From Chiloscyllium plagiosum (taxonomy: Eukaryota), in assembly GCF_004010195.1 (NCBI RefSeq), contig NC_057720.1:24117236-24181235 (forward strand): DNA of 64,000 nucleotides, read 5' to 3'. Every line of letters starts with the position of its first letter. The stretch's first letter is position 1. The notes under the pieces were generated by a model. The model did not search any database. It was given only the letters and a program-made list of their open reading frames with translations, and was not told the DNA's origin. The translations under genes were made by a program, and so were the position numbers. Below are positions 26,201 through 37,559 of the stretch, in pieces.

Positions 26201-28029
26201 TACCTTTCTACTACCTGCACTGTGCCACCTACTTTTACCTCACTCAATCCCTCTCTTTCTCTCATTAAAGGAGAAGACAGCTGAAAATAGGGCAGAGCAA
26301 GACCTTAGGGGTGGGGCAAATGGGGGCAACATTCACCATGGATGAGCTTCGTCCTGCACTACTGCCTTCCCAGTCATGCTTTATCATATCCCCCTCCTTT
26401 CAGATTCTGTTGCCCCATTCACAGTTGTAATTCTTCCTTCCCAGTGTGTCTGGCTCCCAGTCATGAAGACTAACTTGCCAAGTCTCATTCCCATGTCAAC
26501 AATCATTCCTTGATCTCACCTCATCCCTTTACTCTTGAGTTTCTGTGGATGGACCCAATGGGCTGACCCGCCCAACCACTTCGGTAACTTAAACCAAAGG
26601 CCCTGGAGGAGATGTGTTCAGACCCCCAACTCACAGTTGCGCATCTCCCTACCGTATTATAGTCCTAACCCCCAGACTGACTGCTACAGAGCCATTGCAA
26701 CACACTCCTTCTTGACATACACTCTTTTGTCTGAGGACTACTGACCAGCAAGGAAAGTTGCCTGGTTATGCAGCTACACTGGCTGGCATAGCAAGACGAG
26801 GCATGAATGGGCAAGCTAAATGAACAAATGAGCAGCCCTGAGATGGTCCAATTCTGCAACTGAGTGCCTGTCCCTGCATGCAAAGTATCTCTACTACAGC
26901 CTTTCAATATTAGTTGTGAGTGCACCCTGTAATGCAAGTCTGTGCTTCCAGAGCACATTGCCAGTACATCAGAGAGGTACCATGGTGGTCATAATGGGTT
27001 TTTAGATACTGCATGACAATGTTTGTGGATGAGGGGTACATGCAGATAGCGCCAGTGTATCATGCTCTGGACTGCAGTTTGTTCTTATGCAAGATGGAGC
27101 TAGCAGTGAGCACAGTCTTACTGATACAAAACAAACAGTTTCAAGAAAAAAATCCCTTTATAAAAGCAAATACTTCATTGAAGAATTAGGGGCTTTTGTA
27201 AATACAATTTTGAATCAACCTGTTTATACACATCCCGGAATAGGTAAGTCTCCAGTTTGAATCTTCTGGCCCAAAGTACAGACTCTATTGCTGGGCCACA
27301 AGACCCATTTCCTCTCATATATTATGTCAATAATTATTTCAGTCAAGTATGTAAATTATCAATAAACATTTTCATGTGATAAGCAAATAGAGTTATCCAT
27401 CAGTTGCCAGCACATTGTGAAAATGAGCTTTTGGGATATAAGCCATGCAGCACAAATTCTATAATGGTTTTATGTAACCAGGCACTCTCAAATGATCAGC
27501 TCTTGTACTTTAATCTACACTTTGTTTTACGCTTTTGTGATAACATTGCATGGGTGGGGGGTGGCGGGGAATGCCTCAATGAATTAATTGAATTTTGATT
27601 CACAAACATGCTTTTTTCACTGTCACAAAAATTCCCTTACATATCCCAAAGGGTACCTCATCTCTACCAAAGGTGACTTGGGACCAGAGCCAAAAAGATA
27701 CCTTAACTTTCCAAAAGGAGATGGGTATAAAACATTTCTCCAGTTCACCGCCTAATACCCTTTCACCCTCACATACCTCCTCCACCACCTGTGTAACTGA
27801 ATATCCCCATGCCCTGCATATACTTATACCAATTTAGTGCCCCACTGCCATCCCCACCCTTCCCCCTTCATGCCAATTCATCGAGTATCCTGGATGACCA
27901 CAATTTCAACAATAAATAAAAAAAATCCGCAAAACACATCGGAGAAACAATACAGTTCTATTACTTACATTTCTGTACTGCAGACTCCATTTATAGAGAT
28001 AGGCATTATCTTTCATAATTTTTTAGATT

Positions 28030-28610
28030 CAATAGTGGGAATTGGGCTTTGCCAGCTAAGCCAACAATTATTGTTCATCTCAATTTGTCCTGAGGAATGT
28101 GGTAGTGATCTGCCTTCTTGAACCATGGTAGTCCATGTAGTGCAGTTAGTGATGGAGTTCCAGGATTTTGACGCAACGACAGTTAGGATGGTGCCTGGCT
28201 TGGACAGGAACCTGTAAGTGGTGGTGTTCCTATATATCTGCTGCCCTTGTCAGTCTACATTCTGTCTGAGGTGAATTGCTGAACTGTATCATGTAGGTGG
28301 TACACACTGCTGTACTATACATCAGTAATGGAGGGAATGAATGTTGAACATTTGTGGATCGTGTGCCAATCAAGTTGACCGCTTTCCTCTTAAAAGTGTT
28401 GAGCTTCTTTTGTGTTGTTTGGGTTGTACTCAGCCAAGCAAGTGGAGAGTATTTCACCACACTTTTGACTTGTTGCTTTATAAGTAGTAGGAAAGTTTTG
28501 AAGAGTCAGCCGGTGAGTTATTTATCACAGAATTCCCAGCCTCTGGCCCACTTTTGGCGCCAAATTGTTTATGCAAATAGACAAATTCACATCCTGGTCA
28601 ATGGTAACTT
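28030..28610 (-). mobile_element. Family B LINE 3' fragment
   Basis: VKYSPLAWLSTTQTTQKKLNTFKRKAVNLIG; shared family B 3' region. Confidence 0.8.
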
Positions 28611-29414
28611 CCATATTTTGAAACTTCTGGTCACTTCTTCAGGGATCAACACTTCTAGTCTGTTTTTGACACTTCTTGACTGGACTTGAGACCTTAGACA
28701 ATTTCAAGGGTTTTATGCATCATTTACAAACTTCTCCACAGTTAGGTATCCAAAGCAGCACCCAATCAGCCCCACGACCAACCCCTACCACCAGAGGATA
28801 TCTGATCCCCACTTTCAACAGACACCAGAGAGCACAATGCCCAAAGGGTTGCTGATCCCCACTCCCAAGGTGGGACCACATCTGTAGGCGTCTGTCCGCT
28901 CTCCTGGCTATAAAAATAAAATGCATGTAGGACAGACCTGCTGTGCGTGGTCTACTCTCTACACTCATGATTCCAGACACGAGGGACTCCAAAATCCAAT
29001 TTCTGTGTAGATAGTTATTTAAATGACCAGCAGCTTCTAGGAATTATGCATGCCTGAACGCCAATCCACCCACAATCCTGCCCCTGAAAAAAAAAGACGC
29101 TGAGTCTGGGGACAACAGTTGTAATTCTGGACAAATTCCAGCATTTTCAACATAGCAGACACATTCTCTGTCCAGGGGAAAAGTGATGCCTTTGTGTTTG
29201 TCTTTATGGAGATAGATACTAAAATCCTCCCAGTAATAATTGAAAATCTAGGGTCTAGCATAAATGATGAACTGCACCATGTTAATACCAGCAAAAAAAA
29301 GTGGTACTGGAGAATTTAACAGAAATTAAAATTGATAAATCCCCTGGTTCTGATTATCAATATCCCAATGCTGTAAGAGGTAACTTGAAAGATAATGTGT
29401 TAATAGTCATCTTT

Positions 29415-29634
29415 GCTGAAAATGTGTTGCTGGAAAAGCGCAGCAGGTCAGGCAGCATCCAAGGAACAGGAGAATCGACGTTTCGGGCATGAGCCCTTCT
29501 TCAGGAAGCCCTTCTTCGGGGTCATGCCCAAAACGTCGATTCTCCTGCTCCTTGGATGCTGCCTGACTTGCTGCGCTTTTCCAGCAACACATTTTCAGCT
29601 CTGATCTCCAGCATCTGCAGTCCTCACTTTCTCC
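29415..29634. mobile_element. Fold-back Penelope terminal insertion with an intact hammerhead core
   Basis: ~78-bp inverted arms at 29415-29492 and 29522-29599; TSD atagtcatcttt at 29403-29414 and 29637-29648. Confidence 0.92.
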
Positions 29635-30166
29635 TGATAGTCATCTTTCCAAATCCTAAACTCTGGAATTATGAGAGCAGATCAGACGATGGCAAATGTA
29701 AACCTAATTTTATGTTGAAAGGAGAAAGAACATAGGAAACTAGATACTCTCTACCCTAACATCAATCATAAGGAAAATACCAGAACCTACAATAAAGGAT
29801 GCAATAACAGGACATTATGATAGGGTTTGAAAAGTCATCCTAGAGTTATGAAAGGGAAATTATAGTCAACTAACATGTTGGAGTTTTTGAGGATGCAGCT
29901 GGCATAATAGATAAGCGAAAAGTGTTGGATATGGAATACTTAAGATTGTCAGAATACCATACATATGGTTAGCAAACAAATTGAGAGCACATGGAATTAC
30001 AGCAAATATACTGACATGGACTGAGAATTGGCAAATGGTCAGAATATGGAGAGTGTGAACAAATGGGTCATTTTAGGTTGGCAGGATGAAACAAATGGGG
30101 CACCACAAAGATCAAGCATTTGAACCTTAGTTATTCACAAATTATATCAATGATTTGGGTATGGGG

Positions 30167-32870
30167 ATTAGAGTCATAGAGATGTACAGCACGGAAACAG
30201 ACCCTTCGGTCCAACTCATCTATTCCGACTAGATATCCCAACCCACTCCAGTCCCACCTTCCAACACCCGGCCTATATCCCTCCAAACCCTTCCTATTCA
30301 TATACCCATCCAGATGCCTTTTAAATGTTGCAATTGTACTAGCCTCCACCACTTCCTCTGGCAGCTCATTCCATTCACGTACCACCCTCTGAGTGAAAAG
30401 GTTGCCTCTTAGGTCTCTTTTATATCTTTCCTCTCTTACCCTAAACCTATGCCCTCTAGTTCTGGTCTCGTCCACCACAGTGAAAAGATTTTGTCTACTT
30501 ACCCCTCATGATTTTATAAACTACTGTTAGGTCACCTCTCAGCCTCCAACGCTCCAGAGAAAACAGCCCTAGCCTATTCAACCTCTCCCTATAGCTCAAA
30601 TCCTCCAACTCTGGCAACATCCTTGTAAATCTTTTCTGAACCCTTTCAAGTTTCACAACATCTTTCCAATAGGAAGGAGACTAGGACGGCACGCAATATT
30701 CCAACAGTGGCCTAACCAATGTCCTGGACAGCCGCAACATGACCTCCCTACTCCTGTACTCAATACTCTGACCAATAAAGGAAAGCATACCAAGTGCCTT
30801 CTTCAATATCCTATCTACCTGTGACTCCACTTTCAAGGAGCTATGAACCTTCACTCCACAGTCTCTTTGTTCAGCAACACACCCTAAGACATTACCATTA
30901 AGTGTATAAGTCCTGCTAAGATTTGCTTTCCCAAAATACAGCACCTCACATTTATCTGAATTAAACCTCATCTGTCACTTCTCAGCCCATTAGTCTACCT
31001 GAGCAAGATCCCGTTGTAATCTAAGGTAACTTTCTTCGATGTCCACTACCTAAGACATTACCATTAAGTGTATAAGTCCTGCTAAGATTTGCTTTCCCAA
31101 AATACAGCACCTCACATTTATCTGAATTAAACTTCACCTGTCACTTCTCAGCCCATTAGCCTACCTGATCAAGATCCCGTTGTAATCTAAGGTAACTTTC
31201 TTCGATGTCCACTACACCTCGAATTTTGGTGTCATCTGCAAACTTACTAACAATACCTCTTATGCTCCCATCCAAATCATTTATATAAATGATGAAAAGT
31301 AGTGGACGCCTTTCTGAAATCCATATAGATCACATATACTGCTCTGCCCTCATCAATCCTCTTTTTTACTTCTTCAAAAAACTCAATCAAGTTTGTGAGA
31401 CATGATTTCCCACATGTAAAGCCATGTTGACTATTCCTAACCAATCCTTGTCTTTCCAAATACATGTACATCCTGTCCCTCAGGATTCCCTCTAACAACT
31501 TGCTCACCACCAACATCAGGCTCGCTGGTCTATAGTTCCCTGGCTTGTCTTTACCACCCTTCTTATGATTTCCCACATGTAAAGCCATGTTGACTATTCC
31601 TAACCAATCCTTGTCTTTCCAAATACATGTACATCCTGTCCCTCAGGATTCCCTCTAACAACCTGCTCACCACCAACATCAGGCTCACTGGTCTATAGTT
31701 CCCTGGCTTGTCTTTACCACCCTTCTTAAACAGTGACACCACATTTGCCAACCTTCAGTCTTCTGGCACCTCATCTGTGACTATCGATTATACAAATATC
31801 TCAGTAAGAGGCCCAGCAATCACTTGCCTAGTTTTCCACAGAGTTTTAGGGTACACCTGATCAGGTCCTGGGGATTTATCCACTTTTATGTGTTTCAAGA
31901 CATTCAGCACTTCCTCCTCTGTAATATAGACATTTTTCAAGATGTCACCATCTATTTCCCTACATTCTATATCTTCCATGTCCTTTTCCACAGTAAATAC
32001 TGATGCAAAATACTCATTTAGTATCTGTCCCATCTCCTGCGGCTCCACACAAAGGCCGCCTTGTTGAACTTTGAGGGGCCCTATTCTCTCCCTTGTTACC
32101 CTTTTGTCCTTTATGTATTTGTAAAAACCCTTTGGATTCTCCTTAACTCTATTTGCCAAAGTGATCTTATGTCCCCTTTCTGCTGTCCTGATTTCTCTCT
32201 TAAGTATACACCTACTGCCTTTATACTCTTCTAAGAAGTCACTCAATCTGTCCTGTCTATACCGGACATATGCTTCCTTCTTTTTTTTAACCAAACCCAG
32301 TCATCCAGTATTCCCTATACCTACCAGCCTTTCCTTTCAGCCTTTCAGTCCTTTCTGGACTCTTGTTATCTCATTTCTGAAGGCTTCCCATTTTCCAGCC
32401 TTCCCTTTACCTGCGAACATTTGTGCCCAATCAGCTTTTGAAAGTTCTTGCCTAATACCATCAAAATTGGCCTTCCTCCAATTTAAAACTTCAACTTCAA
32501 CTTTTCCATCACAACTTTAAATCTAATAGAATTATGGTCGCTGGTCCTAAAGTGCTCCTCCATTGACCTCCAGTGCTCCTCAGTCACCTGCCCTGCCTTA
32601 TTTCCCAAAAGTAGGTCAAGTTCTGCACCTTCTCTGGTAGTTACAGCCACATACTAAATCAAAATATTTTCTTGTACATACTTAACAAATTCCTCTCTAT
32701 CTCAACCCTTAACTCTATGGCAGTCACAGTCTATATTTGGAAAGTTAAAATCCCCTAACATAACCCACCCTATTATTCTTACAGATAACTGAGATCTTAC
32801 AAATGTGTTTCTCAATTTCCCTCTGACTATTAGGGGGTCTATAATATAATCCCAGTAAGGTGATCATTCC
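30167..32870 (-). mobile_element. Young CR1/HER1 LINE, 5'-truncated, with internal tandem duplications
   Basis: ORF2 pieces KENPKGFYKYIK, KDKPGNYRPVSL, SQHGFTCGKSCLTNLIEFFEEV, FNSDKCEVL, RVVREWNELPEEVVEA; tail ctatgactct. Confidence 0.93.
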
Positions 32871-33139
32871 ACCCAAATATTTCCAAGTTTGCAGTAAGTA
32901 GAAATGTGAGTTGTGAGGAAACTGAAATTAGAGATTTGAAGAGGTTTGAAGAGTGAGCAAAAATTTGCCAGATGGAATACAATGTGGAGAAATGTGAGTT
33001 TATCTGCTCTGATAGGAAAAACAAAAATACAGTATATTTATAACTGGTGAAAAACTGAGAAGTGTTGAACTACAAAAGGACTTGAATTTTCTTATTCATG
33101 AGCCACTGCATGCTAATATATAGGAATTGTAAATAATTT

Positions 33140-33700
33140 TTCAATTCATTTGTGGGATGTGGGCATCACTGGCTGGCCAAGCATTTATGGTCCATCCCTA
33201 GTTGCCCTTGAGAAGGTGGTGGTGAGCTGCCATCTTGAACCACTGCAGTTCACCTGCTGTGATTTGACCCACAGTGCCGTTAGGGAGGAAATTCCAGGAT
33301 TTTGACCCAGCGACAGTGAAGGAACAGCAATATATTTCCAAGTCAGGATGGTGAGTGACTTGGAGGGGAACATTAAGATGGCAATGTTCCCGTGTATCTG
33401 CTGCCCTTGTCCTTCTTTATGGAAATGGTCATGCATTTGGAAGGTGCTGTCTGAGGATCTTTGGTGAATTTCCGCAGTGGACCTTGTAGATAGTACTGCT
33501 GACCCTGAGAATCAGTGTTGGAGGAAATGGATGCTTACGGATGTAGTGCCAATAACATGGGTTGCTTTATCCTGGATGCTGTTAAATTTCTTGAGTGTTG
33601 TTGGGGCTGCACTCATCCAGGCAATGGACAGGCTTTGGGGAATCAGGAGATGAATTATTTGTCCCAATATTCCTAGCCTCTGACCTGTTCTTGTAGTCAC
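33140..33700 (-). mobile_element. Family B LINE 3' fragment
   Basis: AWMSAAPTTLKKFNSIQDKA; tail ...ggcaactagggatggaccataaatgc. Confidence 0.85.
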
Positions 33701-35033
33701 AAAAGAAAAAAAAAATGCCTTTATTACAAGAGGATTTGAGAATAGAAACAAAGTTATCTCACTATACTTAAAGAGAATACTAGTGAGACCACTTTTGGAG
33801 TTTTGGTCTCCTTACCTCCGGAAAAATATACAAAATTTAAAGGCAGTACAATGAAGGTTCACCGAAAACCAATGGGTTGGAAGGATGGATGCTGAAATAG
33901 TGTCGGTCTACATTCTCTGATGTTTAGAGGAATGAAGGGTGATCTCATTCAAGCCCTCAAAATTCTTACAGGAATTGACAAGGGACATGCAGGAAGGAAT
34001 TTCCCTGGATTTGGCAGCAAGGGTAGTTGCGGGGAGGGGGCAAAAACCAGGATATACAGCCTCAGAATAAAAACCAGGACATTTAGAACTGAGATAAGGA
34101 GGAATTCCTTCAGAGGTTGCTGAATCTTTGGAACTGTCTGTGCCAGAAGGCTGTTGAGATTCAGTTGTTAGATATGTTCAAAACGGAGATTGATACATTT
34201 CTACTTGGCATAAAATCAAAGGATTGTGCAGGAATTTGGTGTTGAAGTAGAAGATCAGTCCTGATATCATTGATTGGTGGACTGTGCTTAATGGACTAAA
34301 TGGCCAACTTCTGTTCCTTTGTTCTTATGTTCTCGTCTCCTATTCCAGGATAGCTCACTTCAGACAAACAAAAAACTGTGGATCCTGGGAATCAGAAATA
34401 AAAAACAGAAATTGCTGGAAAATCTCAGCAGGCCTGGTAGAATCTGTAAAGAGAAAGCTCACTTGCAGGGGTTTCAGGTGAGATCATCTCTCAGGTTCTC
34501 TGAAAATGACCTGGAAACATTCTGTTGAAGCAGGCAGAACTCACTCTATAAGACTCATCTGGGGCCTGTTAATCAGAACCTTGAAGGGCATAACTCCAGT
34601 GTCATAAATGCTTCAGTGACCCGTTATCGTGAGGTGAATTAAATGTTTTTATTCTTCAACCTGTTTATTCTTTTCAGTAGCAGAGGGCTCACCCCACCAG
34701 AACACTCCCAAAGCCCTTAACCTGACAAAAGTGGTCACCTTTGAATGAGGACACATGGTTTTTTTTAAAGGTACAAAAATGCACATCTATGCATGAAAGT
34801 GGTATGCAACAAGAAATAAATTTTCTTTTGGTTCTGATAATCTATACCCCAATCTCCGAAGAGGCATATACATGTAAAAAGGCCACACAAAAATGGTATA
34901 GGGCCATAGAAGCCAAGGAAAATTGTATTGCATGTAATAAAAGGCAAAATTCAGTGTTTGACAACCCAATTTTCACTGCAAATGAGAGACGAAAATACAG
35001 CTTACATTGATCATTTTGGTACAAGTCACTTAC

Positions 35034-35147
35034 CATGAACTTTAATGTACAAGGGAGACCTAGAGCCTGTAAGTTCACGAGGTGATCCATCAAAGTCAAC
35101 CTTCCCATGTGTGATCAGTGGGTGTTGGTGATGTTTATGAATTCTTC
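35034..35147 (-). CDS. FRRS1: FRRS1 coding exon 8 (end of DOMON, first b561 His)
   Basis: attaaag|GRIHKHHQHPLITHGKVDFDGSPRELTGSRSPLYIKVH-G|gtaagt; 114 nt. Confidence 0.95.
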
Positions 35148-36347
35148 CTTTAATAAAACAAAATTACTAATAGTTGGATCAACAGCAACAAAATAATTAT
35201 AGAACTGTTTTCTCATTGATGAGTCAGTAACTACTGTGTGTAGATCTAAGCCATTCAAACTCGGATGCTTCCTATATCAATCTTGCAATGAGTTATTTGA
35301 TCTTAGCCACTAAATCTTATGAGGAACCATAACTGGTCTCAGTGTAATAGAGTATGGCAGTGTAAGAGGGAAAGAGGAGTGGGCAATCAGATTTCGACTC
35401 TCAATTCACATCCCATGAGTGGCACCCTAATAAAAAGTGTAGGTGTGACCATCAGATGAGGACAGGATGTTTGGACCATGAGGAATGGGCACTTGAACCT
35501 GTGAAACCATAATTTGCTCGAGTACTTTCAGGACAAGAAATGGAAAGCAATAACATGCATAGATAAATCACAAGGGAAGGGGGATTTCTTCATAATCCTC
35601 AGAATTCCAAGAATATCTCTCACTAGCAAATTCAACACAGCTTCACAAACATTCAGAACAGGCAATAAAATTGGGCAATAGTTTATAATTGATCACACCT
35701 AACAGGCCATATTTCAGATAGATGTCCCTGTCATGTTGCACACCAGGAACTGTACACGATGATAGTTTTACCATTTTATTAAGAGTATTGGGCCCATTAG
35801 CTCCAAGGCAATGCTCAGCTTGTGGACATATGTTAGAACCTAAATCGAGCAAGTGCAGCACACTGGCTATGTCAGTGAAATGGTACTTTTATCTTACTTT
35901 TTCAAATCAAGGACAGATGCTGTGTTTCTATTAAAATTTCATTCCCATTTCCTTATCTGAAGGCTCTGCATAATACTGGAGTATAAATCATGGATGATAA
36001 CAGTTCTGCAATCGCTCACTTGCAGTTATTTACCATTTCTGACAGATGGCACAGTAAATTCTGGCAGAATGTTAAAATGTGAAGGATATTACAGCCAGTT
36101 TTCATTTTTTTTCCCCCACAATAAATCCTTTCCTTACCCACAGTTCACACCTTCTCAAGAGGAAGGAAGGGTAAGCAATAAATACTGTCATAGCCAGTGA
36201 CAAAGTGTTGGTCACAATTAATTTATTTCAGTTTAATTTATATTTTATTTTTTTTCTGTATTATGAGTAGGGAAAACAGCTGAAAATATTTCTAGTAACT
36301 GCTGGGGAGGGGGTAGGATTTTGGTTGGAGGAGGTATGATGAAAACT

Positions 36348-37020
36348 TAGAGTCATAGAGTGATAGAGATGTTCAGCATGGAAACAGACCCTTCGATCCA
36401 ACTCGTCCAGATATCCTAATCTAATCTAGTCCCATTTGCCAGCACCCAGCCCAGATCCCTCCAAACCCTTCCTATTCATATACCCATTCAAATGCCTTTT
36501 AAATGCTGTAATTGTACCAGCCTCCACTACTTCCCCTGGCAACTCATTCCATGCATGCACAATCCTCTGTGTGAAAAAGTTGCCCCTTAGTTCTCTTTTA
36601 TATCTTTCCCCTCTCACCCTAAACCTATGCCCTCTAGTTCTGGACTCCTCCACCCCAGGGAAAAGACTTTGCCTATTTATCCTATCCATCCCCCTCATGA
36701 TTTTATATAAGGTCACCTCTCAGCCTCCAATGTTCCTGGGATAACAGCCCCAGCCTGTTCCGCCTCCTGTTCCTGGGGAAACAGCCCCAGCCTGTTCAGC
36801 CTCTCCCTACAGCTCAAATCCTCCAACCCCGGCAACATCCTTGTAAATCTTTTCTGAACCCTTTCAAGTTTCACAACATCTTTCCGATAGGAAGGAGACC
36901 AGAATTTCATGCAATATTCCAAAACGTGGCCTAACAAATGCTCTGTATAGCCACAACATGACCTCCCAACCCCTGTACTCAATACTCCAACCAATAAAGA
37001 AAAGCAGACCAAATGCCTTC
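36348..37020 (-). mobile_element. Young CR1/HER1 3' fragment
   Basis: YKIMRGMDRINRQSLFPGVEESRTRGHRFRVRG...; LERVQKRFTRMLPG. Confidence 0.92.
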
Positions 37021-37559
37021 TGTGAATTGGGGCAGTTGGAAGAGAGATAATGGGTGTTTTATGAACTGGGATTTTGAGAGGACCTCTATGTACTTTTGAA
37101 ATTGAATGAGTGGAAGAGTTCTTCTGAAGAGAGTAAAGTGTCACCGTGCCAAGGGAAAGTAATTGTGCAACTCGCTTTAGGGATTGTACATATTTGGAAA
37201 ATCAGTTGAGAATAGATAATCAACAAATTAGCTTCATTTTCTCTATAGTTTTCTACATTTAATACCTCTCTGTGATGAATTTTAAGCTGTTCAAGACTCA
37301 TACTATCTGGGAATGATCTCACATGATTGGGCTTTAGTGTGCACACAAGTCAGAATTCTGACCTGATTTCCTATCTACCTTGGCGATCTACATTGTGAAC
37401 ATCACCGTGAAGTGGAGCAACAAATGTGCATATCAGAAGCACAGCATTGTTGTGCAGTGTAACTACCAGAGGCAGATCAGCACACTACCTATTTGTTGCA
37501 TATTTATCTGTTAAGCATGAGTATGTCATTGTGCTGCAACCTGCACTTTGCATGGAAAA

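Larger units (their letters stand above)
29180..34330 (+). mobile_element. Old CR1 LINE split by three later insertions
   Basis: Colinear RT remnants at 29180-30165 (IDKSPG), 32870-33130 and 33700-34330 (MKGDLIQALKILTGID, 3' tail). Confidence 0.7.

Noticed and set aside
29415..29599. MITE/DNA transposon reading of the hairpin
   Set aside because: The arms are asymmetric within the TSD-bounded insert and the sequence is the terminus of a Penelope retroelement
29407..29604. Near-identical ORFs on both strands (MCCWKSAA...)
   Set aside because: Artefact of the inverted repeat, not protein-coding
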